The notes below the pieces were generated by a model. That model saw only the letters and a list, made by a program, of their open reading frames with translations. It had not been told where the DNA came from and ran no database searches. DNA of 63,785 nucleotides, the filler included, from Choristocarpus tenellus KU-1152 (Eukaryota; Protista; Phaeophyceae): NCBI GenBank assembly GCA_964200185.2. It is 9 parts of 9 records of this genome, joined end to end, with 100 filler letters (N's around TTAATTAATTAA, not from the genome) between each part and the next. Parts side by side here need not be neighbours in the genome. Positions count along the whole stretch, not along the records: positions 21,940 to 32,282 come from CAXNAD020002979.1; positions 32,383 to 37,469 come from CAXNAD020011922.1; positions 37,570 to 43,039 come from CAXNAD020010678.1; 6 more parts are not named here. One strand, given 5' to 3'. The position numbers and the translations under genes are program-made. Of this stretch, positions 26,067 through 39,732 are shown piece after piece; positions within the stretch are counted from its first letter, which is position 1; every line of letters starts with the position of its first letter.

Positions 26067-27502
26067 CTGCATCACGGGTTGTACAATTTTGTTCGAAAAA
26101 TGAAATGTAAGCACTCATTTTCGACTACTTTTCCTTCAGTTCTGTTCTGTTGAGCAGAAAAAAATAGCAGCTCAGAGGCCCACGAATGCCACAATGGATG
26201 ATGGAATCATGACATAACATGACACCGAGAAATAAAGTTGCACTTGGAAAATCAATACTGAAGGTATTCAAATATGCATAATAGGAGCTAGCTTTCTCCT
26301 TGATTTCTTCATTAAAATAAATGGTATGACCCATGACACCGTAAGCTACTGTCTCTTAACACACCTACCTACCTGCAAGGAAAGTCCTTGCAACAGTGAA
26401 TCATGCGACTACAGTACAGTGTCTCTAGCTGACAGTGATCTTGAGTGATCTACACCAAATAACTAACAAGAAATCATTCATCACATCTAAGGGTAATGTG
26501 GTGATAACAGGTCTAACTCTACCCAAGTGCAATTTCAGAAACAAAAACTAGGACGGTTGTCACAGACTTTAGATGTGAAGGTCATCTATCTCCTTCATGC
26601 ACATGGAGGATACTGTCTTGGGAATGTGTGATTCGTATTTTGACTCTTGATTTGGCATCAGGAAGTGGCATTGTGGATCCGTTCCGGTTACAATACCAAA
26701 CAGCTGTTCGAATGTCGAATTTTGCTACACTGAGTACATTTTTGAAGTAATATATTGTATCTTTTGTAGTAGTTCAACACTGATTAAGTTGTCGAAATTT
26801 GACGCTCCAACTAGGAACAGGGGTGGGAGGAGGAAGGGGGGGGGAGTAAAGCCACTTTATAATACAATATGGATACCTTCAACTCCACACATGAATTTCC
26901 TCCTCAACGACAAATCAAGAGTAAAAAAGTGAATCAACCACATGCAGCCCAACACAATACACTCCGTACACAAAAACTTGCAATTTCTAAGGACAGAATC
27001 ATCATGCACTATACAAGAGATGGCTTAGAGCATGATATATTGCCTGTTTCGATCCTGAATACACAATCTGCTATCACCCATCAACTGTAAAACTGCTACA
27101 GCATTACTCATCCCTTCATATTCCCATGCACATCCGCACAAAAGGAGAGGAATGTTTCTACTTGAGAATAGGAAAAGATGAGAATGGTTGAAAGGGCGCA
27201 GGGGAAGGGGGCACAAAATAATTTCGACAAAAGTTGTAGGCTCTGATAGTTGTGCCTTGGATCTTTTTATCCCCTCTAGAACGACAGCAGGGTTGTGATA
27301 AGACTTGCTAACGAAGTCCGTCCACATCCATCTTTTCCAGTACTCCAAAGTCTACATTGATCCCCAATAAGTGCACGTGAGCTCAGTATTGGCATCTGGT
27401 TGGAAGTAGTATATATAAGAGAGGACTCAGTGACAAGTATGTAAAAGTATCGTATTACCGTGTAGCGCAACTGTGAATAGGGACGGAGAGGGAGGATTGC
27501 AC

Positions 27503-27594
27503 CTGCTCTTTGTTGCATGGCCCTTCTTGTACTGCTTGTTCTTTGTCTTATGACCCCCCTTTCCACCCTTAGACTTGCGCTGTCCCAGTCCCAT
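27503..27594 (-). CDS. ZNF593: Zinc finger protein 593 / Bud20, exon 1
   Basis: MGLGQRKSKGGKGGHKTKNKQYKKGHATKS. The exons total 92+186+208 = 486 nt, an uninterrupted 161-aa CDS. Confidence 0.88.
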
Positions 27595-28585
27595 GATCAG
27601 GCAACTCTTCTACCCTCTGGTTCCTCCGACCTCCTTCGCTCCTTCCCCCTCACCCCTATATTGCCTCTGATAATCTACACGCTCCTCTGAACCTGCTTCC
27701 AAAGAAAACCAACCGCCGGAATCTGTACTGTCTCTCGTTCTGCTTGGTCTCAAACTGATCTGTACACATGAAAGAGGGAAAGGTAGGTAAGAGCTTAAAT
27801 GCCCAAGTCCGCTTAGATAAATATAAATATAAAGATGTTTATACATGTATAAATCACAGTCGCAAGGGACTCTGCTTGTGATCGCTTTAACTCTTTGGGC
27901 TTGAAGATCATTGTTCAACAATGTGAGGAAGCTGATGGGAACGATATTGTCAAAACATCCGTAAAATTAAAAACACAACCTGTAACGAGAGTAAAGATAT
28001 CAAGCAAAGATCCCTAGCAGAATTTCAACTGCATTTACACATACTGACATTGCTTTGTTGAGCACAAATGTGGCACACATAAAATAGCCACTGTACTGTG
28101 TCCTTGGTGAAACACAATGAACGGGTCTTCAAGGGGTCGTCGCTTGTCAAGAATATGCCACTATTTGCACATGTTTGGGTTGATTTAATTGAAATGTTTC
28201 ATCTTTACTATAATTCAGTAAAATTTCGAAGTATACCCCTCAGTTTCTTGCGCCCTTGGCCTGTTGTGGTGACCTGGTCACTTGATACCCTGGTACCCTG
28301 ACCGGACCTGACCTTGCAAAATCTCAGCTCTACACTATTGAACTCCGCCTAGAAGATTTGGACAGGGTGGAAACGCTGGATCTAGATCGGTTAAAAGTGT
28401 ATGTACCGTGTAAAGTTACTTAAGTATGGCCCTTCGATACCATCCTCGATGCCTCAAATGGGTACTTACCAACCACTTAAGATAGTGTGTAGACCAGAAA
28501 GAAACAGGCCATATCATCCAATACGAAAACTTCGTTTGAACTTCCTAATTAACCGACTTGTGATACTTCACAATCTTCTAAGACG

Positions 28586-29116
28586 ATGATTATACGAGCA
28601 GGGTCAAGATTCCCCTCCAAAGCAGCATGGAATAGTGTTAGAAGGCTTAGGTTCGCGCCAAGACTCTACTCTTTATCGAATCTATCACAACATATGCTCC
28701 TGGCACCACCTGACTGGGTTCGCCTGACATCCACAAGACCGATCACAGGTCAAGAAGGATCAGATCCGGTCTCTGGCGAGAACGATATACACTCAGAATT
28801 TACTTCAGGATATGGCTCTCTCGATTCTTCTTTTGACTTGGCCGCAAGCACTGCTGCTAGTGAGGGTGGGGCAATCCCGGCAATCGCGTTGGCTACCTCG
28901 TCTGGTCCAGTCATTGGCACTATCCAGACTGGTCTAGTGACCCTTCAGTCATTTACAGGTTTGCCATGGTGGGCTACCGTTATAGTGGCGACTATTGCTG
29001 TGCGAACGTGCATGCTTCCGATGACATGGGTCACGGCAACGCATACAGAACGGTATTTCAGGTCCCTGCCAGAACTACGAATGCTGCGGGAAATGCTCAA
29101 AAAGGCTCTAACAGAA
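28586..29116 (+). CDS. OXA1/COX18 (YidC family) mitochondrial insertase, exon 1
   Basis: Arg-rich presequence-like N-terminus, then TGLPWWATVIVATIAVRTCMLP; GTGAG donor. Confidence 0.88.
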
Positions 29117-29620
29117 GTGAGGCAATCATCTTTTCCCCCCACAATATCTCTTGGCATGATCTGGTCGGTGTAGATAAAGGTTGGAGGTTATTTGGAGTTT
29201 ATCTACAAAACGGCCAATAGCCGAGCAGTGCCTGTGCCTCTACCTCTATAGCCGCAACATTCGGCAGGACGGTTAAGGTTGTATTCAACCTCTCTGTGCG
29301 TTTCCCTATGCGGAATACATTTGCTCGGTTGTAATCGTAGTAAACTATAGTATCTAAACCCTTGTAGGGCTAATGTATACTTCAGGATTAGCAATGTTAT
29401 CCTGTAACCGTAGTAATTTTGTGCTCGAACGATGTGCTTGGATCAGGGCGCATTGGATAACGCACAACACGCACGGTTGACAACAACGACTGGGTTTATC
29501 TTCGTTTTCTCCAAACCTCTAATCAACCTCCCAGCTTTGGGATTGTCTTCCAATGACCTTCAATTTGGTGCACTCTTCCCTGCATAACCCCTGATCTAAC
29601 ACAGCTTCTTGCTAACACAG

Positions 29621-29703
29621 CTTCCAGCTCAGGATGTACCTGGACGGGCAGTAAAAATTTCCATGTTTTTATCCGGGTCGCGAGGTGTGATGGGACTACA
29701 CAG
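29621..29703 (+). CDS. OXA1/COX18 exon 2
   Basis: CTAAC branch-like site, ACAG| acceptor, |GTGAGC donor; phase links exons 1 and 3. Confidence 0.75.
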
Positions 29704-30808
29704 GTGAGCACTATCTTTAAATCAGGACTATCTTTCCATTGTTCTTGTTTTATGTCACCCTTGTTATCTCGCACACATAATATCAGCATTTATACTATAT
29801 ATGTTCCAATTACATTCGCTGGCGGCATTAGGGGTTGCAACCTACTACGTAGTATGTGATGTGACTCGAGTTTTTTTTAATATTTTGCTAGAAAAAAGTA
29901 CATCATTTTAGGCCAGTGTGTGCTTCTATCTTGTTGCACCACAGGATGAAACCCAATACCAATACAATGGGTTTTCATTTCGTCCTGTACAGTTTTTTTA
30001 TCTGCAAGAGATAATCTGCCTGTGACTCCATGTGATGATTTGTAACATGTTTTAAGGGTACGTACGTCACTTTGAGTATTGTGTATAATCAGGCACCGTG
30101 TTCAGCATTGGATGGAAATGTTTCACTTGATCAAACTGTGCGAGATTTCTTATGCCAAGATGGTGCTTACTGATGAATTTTCTTTGTTACGATGTAGTGT
30201 GTAAGATAGATAGATAGGGGTGATTTTTGTGTAAGCTGTGCACTAACTAGTCTAGAAATTTCCTGATCTATGTGCCCATTTGCCAATGGAGTGGTAAGAT
30301 AGGACGTCATGATATTCACAGGTAACAAAGTAAGATAATTGAATTTACTGTCAGGAGTTTTTTGTATGGTCACACCGTGATGCACACTAATCTGTAACAT
30401 TGTCTTGAGCACTGTAGTGGTATGCTTGCCAGCTGTAAAGGTCATTAACCTCAAGGTATCGTTTGTCATTGCCAAAGTCTTTTTATTTTTTGCTCTGCAG
30501 TTTTCTCAAGGGGTAGGCCATATGAGCCATGGTTTACCTCCGTACTACTATCCAATTTTTGAACTCCATTCAACCACTTTGGAGTATTAAACCCACAAAA
30601 GGCTATTCTTGATGCCATCAACAGATCATGCAAATTCCAGTAATGGTGTCACAGCAACAAGCTGCGAAATTTGTCAAGAGTTGATTTGTATTGAGGGGGC
30701 CCTTTCCAGCACCACCCACGTGTATTTGTTTCAAAGTGGCCTACCTATATGGCTGTTCAGGAGTCTGTGCTATGATTCAAATCGATACACTGATCTAAAG
30801 ATGGCGAT

Positions 30809-31046
30809 GAGTGAAACTATCTCAGAGGGTACAAGTTTTGCCCTGTTTGTCCATTTGGGGCTTGGCTTCCCTCGAGGGGTTTATGATATTTTACCTACTC
30901 CAAAATATTTCAGAGTTGGTAAAATGTACACATTATGAAAAGGTGTGTCCAGAACAAGGAGAGTCAAAATTACATCAAAATCGCAACATTGGATTTTGGC
31001 CCCCAAATGGACGCAGCTCTATCTACCCTCTAAGATACTTTGGCTC
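30809..31046 (-). mobile_element. MITE family A, intronic
   Basis: GAGTGAAACTATCTCAGAGGGTA...TACCCTCTAAGATACTTTGGCTC termini; flanks GAT/AAT. Confidence 0.85.
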
Positions 31047-31342
31047 AATGAGTAGCTGAGTTGACGTGCACTTGGGTTGTGGTTATTGCCTTTTTCTTTA
31101 ATTTGGTTTGTCGAGACATGAATCTAAGATTACCATGTCGACACAAGGCAAGCCATTAGGGACTGGGACATACATGGAACATCTATATTCATGCTCTAGT
31201 TACTCAAGGCAAGAACTACTCTGCCCATTGTGGTCAATTTTCCTAACCCTCACTCTATAGCAACAAGGATGCACCCAACAGCACACCTTGAACTTGATTT
31301 ATATCCCTGTTCCGAACCAATCCTGTACCATGTCCTCAACAG

Positions 31343-31458
31343 GTACCACCCCCTGGGGATGTTGTCAGCCCCCCTTGTGAACACCCCATCCTTCTTGGCG
31401 TTTGTATGGGCCCTTCGAGGAATGATGAGATCTGGGGAGACAGCAGGGCTGGATAGTG
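31343..31458 (+). CDS. OXA1/COX18 exon 3
   Basis: YHPLGMLSAPLVNTPSFLAFVWALRGM. Confidence 0.85.
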
Positions 31459-32102
31459 GTGAGAAAATAAACTCAAGTGCATCTATCAAAGATGTGCATG
31501 TGTTTGCTGGATATATTTTTGGGATTGTAAGACACTGCTACCATATAACCCACCAGTTCCTCTCCGGACCTTGATATTTCTATGCTTGTTTCCCTCTTGC
31601 TCTACATCCTCCTTGACAATACTTATATGGATCCTTCAATGCCAACAGCCCTTCCACCCGATCTGTCTCTTGAGTTGCCTCAATGTGACCTCAAGAATGC
31701 AGCTATAGTAAATCCATTCTTACTTCGTTGATGTCATGTACCTCCCCCATCGCCACAAAAGGACACTTACAAGTCTAGCCACTCTTAACCCCTTGTGTTG
31801 TCTTGTAGTTAATTCATACTTCGCAACATCCACAGCATCACATCTCACTAACTGCACGTCCACAAGAATCTATGTCTTCTGCTCACAAGTGGCAAATTCG
31901 ATGCCGTGTTGCTATTGAGTTCGACATTATGTGACATTGCTGCCAGGACTTGCCCAGACTGGGCCACACGAACTTGTCTCCACTGGGTTTTTTTTTCACC
32001 TTTTCCTTTTAACTGCCCTCGATAGAACCCCACCTATTCCATGCCATGGTCTAACATCACTTGCACTACTTTATCCCTTCCGTCAATCCATGTATTTCCT
32101 AG

Positions 32103-32230
32103 GTGGCCTTCTGTGGTTTAGCGACCTCACCGCCTCTGACTCGACAGCTATCCTCCCTGTGGTGGCCATAGGAGTTACATATATGTCAACAGAGATCTCG
32201 TTTGGACGGCACGTTGAGGGCTGGCGAAAG
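32103..32230 (+). CDS. OXA1/COX18 exon 4 (gene truncated by contig end)
   Basis: GGLLWFSDLTASDSTAILPV is a YidC/Oxa1 signature. Confidence 0.9.
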
Positions 32231-33380
32231 GTGCATGTTTTTGGGTCAAAGTATCTGGGGGGGGCGGGGTGGTTTGTGAGGGNNNNNNNNNNNNNNNNNN
32301 NNNNNNNNNNNNNNNNNNNNNNNNNNTTAATTAATTAANNNNNNNNNNNNNNNNNNNNNNNNNNNNNNNNNNNNNNNNNNNNGTTTAATACTGTGCCCAG
32401 GGGGAATGTCGTGCAGTTTTTTTTTTCTGGTATGGATAGTGGTACGACCACAGTATTGATATTAATAGCATGGAAGTAGAAGAGACCATGGGTGTGTTCA
32501 ATACCATATTATGGCTTATGTGGAAAACAATGGATGGTGTATTGAAGGGTACTCATGGGGTTGGTGCAGGATGTTCTTGCTTTGGAGTATGTTTAGTCTA
32601 TTGTTCATCTTGCCTACCATGTTAGAGTTATGGTTTGAGTTGCAGTTGCTAAGCCCTACTGATCCATTGGGGTGTTTTTGTTTACGGTTGGGGTAATCCA
32701 AGCGGTAGGGCATATTCAAGTTTTTCTTGTGAGCAGGCTGTTTGTGCTGCCTCGAAGGTTTCTAGTGTGAGACAAGAGATCTGAGATCTGAGATAGTTTA
32801 CAGTGACAAATGGGGTACAGAAGATGCCAAGAGTGTGAAATACAAACCTATAATGGGTTCATTCAATGAGCACTACTGTATTCGTCAAGATTGAGTCCAT
32901 GAACAGCAATTATCCATCTAATGTGCACTGTTACATATACTTCAAGTTCAACTGGGTGTGGTTGTTCGGTTTGAGTAGATGTTTATGGTTCAGGTTGAAG
33001 TTCTTGTTCAGATTGCATCTGGGAAGATCCCATGTAGCGGATGCAGTCTCTTTTTGCCAACACTTTGTGAAGGTGTAACCTTTTGACAAGAAATAGTTGG
33101 ATCTTGGGGAAGCAGTCCAAGATTATTGTACAGGCATCAACTATGTCCAGTCCAGTTGTTGCTGTCACCTATGCACTCTCCGGTTTTGAACACCCTTGCG
33201 TGCTGTCACAGTCACTGGTATTGCCAACGTTTTAATTGGCTTGTTAGTATACAAGTATAGGGGAGCATGGTCATGAAGAGGAAGATAGAGGCGTGTTTGT
33301 GTCATATCCTCCTGACAGGATGGATGAACTATCTATAACCTCTTGTGCCTGCGTCCCTGTATGTTCTCATGTCTTGACAG

Positions 33381-33593
33381 GACAGTACCCCTTATTTCAA
33401 TCCCACGCAAGGGTCAGTAGCAAGAGAGGGACAGGGGGCACCCCAAGATTGGCAAGCGCAGGGGCAGGGGCAGAGGGGATGGGGGCCTGGGGGGGGGTTC
33501 TATGACGGGGGTGGATACATCGATCAGAACCAGCCAGGCTATGATGGTTACTATGGGAACCAGCTTCAACCTCCTGGACAATCTCAACAGAAG
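33381..33593 (+). CDS. Putative Gln/Gly/Tyr-rich low-complexity exon, unknown protein
   Basis: GACAG|...|GTGGGT borders and 71 open codons, DSTPYFNPTQG...GFYDGGGYIDQNQPGYDGYYGNQLQPPGQSQQK. Confidence 0.5.
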
Positions 33594-36500
33594 GTGGGTG
33601 GGATGGTTGTGGCAGTGGGTGGAGGAGAAGGGATAGATTTGTCGTTGTTAACATGAGGTTGTTGGTGGGGCTTAGGTGTCGTGGTGTTTTGGTTGTAGTG
33701 AATAGATGGTGATATTATGTATTGTGGAGTAAATTGAAATATTTTTTATTTTTTAAGACAATTTTACTCGGTTTTTGCTGTGTGGGAAATTGCAATACCA
33801 AGGGAGATGGACGGACCTGGTGCGTAGTGGTGTTGTTTCTGTGTAGATACACAATGATGCAAACCTCTCACAGATGTTTGGATTAGAGAGGAGGCTGGGT
33901 TACGCCGACTGGCAGACCCCCTCATCCTGAGGCACCATGAGGGACATGGATGGAGTGGGGGTGTTCATTGCCCTCTCTGGTGTATGTATGTACAGATTAT
34001 GCATCACATCGATTCTCTTTGTAAATATCAAGAATCAACATAATTCATAGTGCATATAAGCATAGTGGCCTGGGGTTCCTGACGATAATTACAAATATTT
34101 TTTTTTCTGAGTTGATTTGCTGGGATTTGTTTTTGATGGGCATGGCTATTTCACTGTTTTTGATTGAGTTGATGTTGTTGACTTTTGGGTCTTTTTCAAG
34201 AATTTGTGAGTAGGTGCTGACTGTTAGATTGGTAGCAACTTCTCAAATTTATCATTAGTGTGGGGGTTTTATTTTGTATTGTTGTTGATGACATCTACTC
34301 AGGTTGTTGTCAACCAGAAATGAGAATGACTCGTGATCATCAACTTGCTATAATATGCCCATCAGATTGATGAAACGAACTTGCAGCTATATCCCCCCCC
34401 CCCCCCCCCCACTTAAACCCCTTTTTTTTTTTTTTTTATTTTTTTCTTATATATTCCCTCTTGTTTTTTCATANNNNNNNNNNATATCCCCATCAAATTG
34501 ATGAAACGAACTTGCAGCTATATCCCCCCCCCCCCCATATAGTAACCCTCTTTGTTTAATATATATTATTTATTGCTGACATACACCTGTTGTTGTTGCA
34601 ATATCAGCGTGGTGGTATTTGGGCATTCCTGCGGCGTCTGACTGGAAGGGACCGCCCAAGGAGTTGAAGGGTATGACAAGGTAATCTTCCAGGACATTTT
34701 TGCTAAGACTTGGATTTCATGAGGTGTGTGAATCGCTGGATAGTGAAGAGTCAGCTAGTCTAGTCTAGCCCGTGCTGTTGTACAAGCTGCCTGTGCGTGG
34801 TTGGGTCAATACTAAGGGTTAAGGTAGAGTGCATTCTAAGACATGTTGACTACAACAATGAAGTCCTGGTGTGGACAAAGTGCTCCCACTAAACCTGAGG
34901 ATGCTCCAGGAGAATGCCATGTATGAGTGGCTGAGTTCTGAGGGTAAGGGTTTCTACCCTACTGCTGTAATGGATGTCGGTCATATTTTTTTCCACCTCT
35001 TCTGTGATGCTTCCAAGTTTAGTGTGGTGAAGTATTTTTTACCTCATGTTTCTGCTTGGGGCAGTCTTAGTTAGAAGGAGAAACCTAGGTCTACTACTTT
35101 ATGCTCATGTCGTGAGAGGTGGTTGTGGTTGTGTCAAGTGAGTATTCTCACGTATTGTGTATGGAGTGTAGCTATGATGGGGGGGGGAGGGTGAGGGTCA
35201 AGAGGGGCATTTGTTGATAGCCGTTTTGGCCTTTGTGCTGAGAGCTGTACTGTAGTAGATTATGGTGCAATGCTGCACATGTTTTCCTGCTGCTTGATGC
35301 TCATACTGCTAGGACAGAATGTAAATGTGACGAGAGAGGCTAGTCATGATGTCTCTTGTGCCACTTCTATCTCCAGTCACTGTTGCCATGTAGTGAAGCT
35401 GTGCATGAGATTGACGTATGGAACATGGGGGGGGGGAATCAGCAATTAGAGAAGAATGGGACGGAAAAGGAGGGGCTCTCTCCCTTTGTGAGTGTGACTA
35501 TCTATGGAGCCTCCCAATATGAGGGTGATAATGTGCTGCTCTCCTACTATCAATAGATAAGCATCATACACATGGGTGGTATGAACATAGTGTGTTGGAA
35601 CATGGAATTGATTGTGGATTTTAGAATTCATGCTTGCTCTATGTAGCGGACTTCATTGAGAATTGGGAAAGAGATTATCTCCTGCCTGGCTTGTAGAATG
35701 GACAGGGCGAGTGTTGAGGATTGGGTAATTGCAGGCCTGCAAGGTGTAAGGAAGTGAAGTGAAGTGAAGTGTTGTGTTCATGCATAGAAAGTTCTAGACT
35801 TGTGGCATGAGGGAGGTAGAGGAGGGTACAGGCACATTACATGTCACAAGGTGACTATTAATTGAAGCTAGCAGGAGAGATAGCTGCATATTTTTCTTAT
35901 TTCCGCATGCTGCATATTCTTTCTCTTATTAGTTACGTTAGTCTTGGGGGTCCCGGACCCATGGTCAATAGATTGTGAGAGAAGCAGTAACGCATTTTAC
36001 TCGAAATAGGTCAGAGTACATCATAAATCCAAAACGTAAGTCATGGAAAAGGCAAAGGTTTACATAGCTCATAGAGGCAGCCAAGACCCTAACACTACCC
36101 ACTAGCACCCAATAGCTTAGGGAAGAACGGCATAAATGCTGCCAACATTGGCAGGTCCTTCAGGGTGAAGGAAGAATCCAGGGTCGCATCATGTTCATCA
36201 ATCCAATCAGAACTTGTCACGCAAAGCACAAAGGGAGATGCAAAATACACATCCAAGGAAAGATATGAGAAAAGTAATACTATGTAGTACTCCAGTATTT
36301 AACAGGCAGTAGTGAGGGTCTTGTGCCCTACATCTGGCTAAGATAATTCTTAAGGAGCACTCAGAGCTCTTCTAGTATAGACGTGTTTGGTTTACAGAGC
36401 ATTTATATACTCTGGAGTGGAGTACAATTGGTGTATAAATATCGTTGTAGTAACACTACCATAACTCTAGAGTGGTCGTGTACATTATGTGATGTGACTG

Positions 36501-38172
36501 TTAGATTTTTCCCATTGTGAGATATACCCTGCACTATGTTACGTGCTGTTAGTTGTGTACTTGAGCAGTGGATTGTGCTGCCCTGTAACATTCAGTCAGA
36601 TGATTGGGCATTACCATGAGACATTTTGAGTGCTGCTAAAATAGGTTACACCTCGAGCATATAGAGAGAACTGGATAATCCTATCATATGCTTGAGGATG
36701 CCATTATTCTGTATGTAACAATACTCAAGATTGCTATTTTCCTTGCCATTACCTGCCTGTGGATAGAACAACTGAGGACTGGAGGTACGGTTGTCACAAT
36801 CATCATGAACGTGTGTAGGCAAGTGGTATACATCCCCAGAACGTGTATGGTAAATAATTGAGGTGTACAGCCCCTTCCATGCCCCTGCAATTGGAAGGCG
36901 ATGGAGCTTAGAGTAGTCGGGAGTGGAAGTATCCATAAGACCCGGGAGCACGTTGAACGGTGATCTCGTGTCATTCTTTGCCCAGGGTTTGCACACCCTC
37001 CCGATTATGGGCGTGATGAACATCTGCCCAGGGCCAACTTGGGAGAAGGGGAGGAGGACCTTGTCACGGCTTCCGCTCTGTGGAACTTTTGACATGAATT
37101 CAATGTTGGTGTCGTCTGCCTTCTCAGTTCAACGCATGTAAAAAATATGATGCACCCAGCCAACCAGGATGAGGCATCGTTATTACCACGCCAACGGGGT
37201 ATGTATGAGTGTGGGGGGGGTGTTATTCAGTGGCCTGGCCTAACGATAAAACAAGCAAGAACACTTTTTATTGTTCGTGTGTATACAACACGGACACAGC
37301 ATGTGGTTGCCCACGAAGGGGAGGGTTTGGTTCACAAATGACGCATTGTGTGTTTATTAATTCAGGCAACACCGCAACGGTCCGGGTAAGGAGTGGACCT
37401 TTCCTGGGGGAGGGGGGGGGGGGGGGGGGGGGGAGGTAGAGGGCCGGGCCGACGCGCTGTGGGAAGAAANNNNNNNNNNNNNNNNNNNNNNNNNNNNNNN
37501 NNNNNNNNNNNNNTTAATTAATTAANNNNNNNNNNNNNNNNNNNNNNNNNNNNNNNNNNNNNNNNNNNNCCCCCCCCCCCCCCCAGCCCAGTACCAGCCA
37601 CAGTTCCAACAAGCCCAGCATAACAAATATAGTACAGGGCACACAGCAAATGATATAATTGTTTGTCGTAGTGAATGTCAGGAAGGAGTAGGCAGGGTCA
37701 GGGGCATACAACTGGGACACAAAGTGGGAAAAAAAGTGGGAAAGTAATCTTTCCTCGGTAAGAAAATATACACATTAGAGGGTGATTTTTTTCTTCAGCT
37801 GTCTCGGAGGGTACATACGCGTTTTTCATTCATAAATAATAAATCTCCACAAGGGTGTCTGTATACATCTATTTAACTTTTCTGTAGCAAAAATAAAAAA
37901 ACTGACACACACACACATACATACATCTCAATTTGATTCGTACATGTTACCCTTGAAAAAGACTCAGAAAAAATGGAAAGCAAAGCAGAGTACGTACATA
38001 GATAATTACAAGCAGGAAAAAAAGACGCAGACAGTTCAAGTACAACTTTAGCCTGCATTTTTCAATATTGGACAATATAATGCTACAAAAACAAAAAATA
38101 CAAAAACAAATCTGTCGCTCCAGGTTTATGTACTGTTCAAACAATTTTAGTTGGTACTCTCTTTTTCCTTAC

Positions 38173-39732
38173 CAAATAAAAAACACCAAGAGTGCTGTGG
38201 TTTTCCATCCCAGATCAAAGACCAGCTCCGACGAAGTGGTCTTCAGAGTCGTTTGCATTGCCTCCTATGAAGACAACCATGGTTGAAAATCGATTTTCAA
38301 ACAGACAAAAACAAATGTCATATTGATTTTATTCCAGCAGTGTAGAGAAAAGTCATGCTAAAAATATCACTCAGGGTTGGAGTGTGTGAAATAGCTTCAA
38401 GGTGGGGGGCAACAGAGTATGAGTGTGTGAGTGGAATCAAGTGGATGTATGTTTGCATTTTTTATTCACCAGCAATAAATCACTGCATACATTCCCTATG
38501 CAGTTTAACATTGTCATGTCCTCAATGGACTAACGTTCAATTCCACTTCCTGTTCATATATATATATATGTTACAAATTTTATCTACAGGTTAGATTCGA
38601 GATTGCAGGGAAAGGGTTGAGAGTTACAGTTTTGTACCTACAACATAGGTGGCTGCAAGAGTCACGAGAGAACTTTAATAAAAAACAGGACCAGATAAGG
38701 GGGACAAGGCGTGAAACATCAGACATATTGACTTACCTGCACTGATCGCTCCTCATCCCAACCATGAGCAACCACTCTCTTTTCTTTGAGGATACACATA
38801 CGATGATGCACCTCAATCAACATACACTAAGCTGTTTAATGTGCCTGCCAATACCTTATGTTCTAACTTCTTCAGTTAGAGGGATAAAAGGTGACCAAGG
38901 CAGGCCGGTACGAATGGCTTGCTTACCATCTCATCTGCTGTTACCACAACCGCAAAACAAGGAGCATTGGGTGTGCCTGTATCTCCCCATCCTCTACAGG
39001 TTCATCATTCGCCTCATATGTGTTCTCTCTTTGATACCACCTCTTACTCCAACCCCCACTCCCAGCCCCATGGCCTATACCTCTACTATTTGCCTTGGTG
39101 CAACCGTCCAAGCACCACCCATAACACTGCAGCAAGTTGGCGGAATTAGTGCTTACATTCAGAGAATCCCGGTTGGCCCATGCCTCCCCCAGTACTTGTG
39201 CCACGAGCACCCCAAGCCCAATAAGCAGTAGATGAGGCAAGTATGTGGATCCAACCTGTGATCAGGAAAGTATCCCCAGTGCCGTGTCAGGTGAAGGGTG
39301 ATAGTATGTGTCGGAGGGTGGGGGAAGGAAGTATTGGGCATTGGAGGTTGAGGCAAAGATTTGGGTGAAATATGAGTGGGGTCTAAGAGATTTGGAGGCA
39401 TTTCACTCGAAAAGGTGGGCCATTTTGGTACGGTGGATAGTCTGATTCGTTGTCAAACCCGAGCTCAAAAGACTTGAAGTAACTGGAATTTAGGGGCGAT
39501 AGCATCTCATTCTCCATGTGGGATAACGCATACGCTCCAAACTTAGAACACAAGAGCTCAATACAAATCCCCTCCCCTGAAAGATCACCTGCCACCAGTT
39601 GATGAGGCGTATCAGGCGGGACTTGCGAACGTGGTACAGGTTGTCTCCAGGGTCGATGTCCGACATATCCGTCATGGAAACATCATTACGGCGTAATGGC
39701 GCGGACGCCGGTGGTTCGGTCATCTCGCCCAT
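38173..39732 (-). CDS. First three putative exons (39589-39732, 38737-38778, 38173-38264) of an unknown, probably membrane, protein
   Basis: Phase-consistent chain MGEMTEPP...RLINWWQ|RVVAHGWDEERSVQ|EAMQTTLKTTSSELVFDLGWKTTALLVFFI, with GTGA, GTAAGT and GTAAGG donors. Confidence 0.5.

Noticed and set aside
7423-32230. Ribosome-biogenesis (BOP1 + BUD20) or mitochondrial (FtsZ + OXA1) gene cluster
   Set aside because: The genes in each pair are on different contigs joined by artificial spacers.
34360-34520. Direct repeat either side of a 10-N gap
   Set aside because: Near-identical sequence flanking a scaffold gap at a poly-C tract; most likely an unmerged overlap or haplotype artefact.
36100-37140. 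149-aa minus-strand ORF with faint RT-like words (FNVLPG, VHDD)
   Set aside because: Resemblance is too weak to assign a family.
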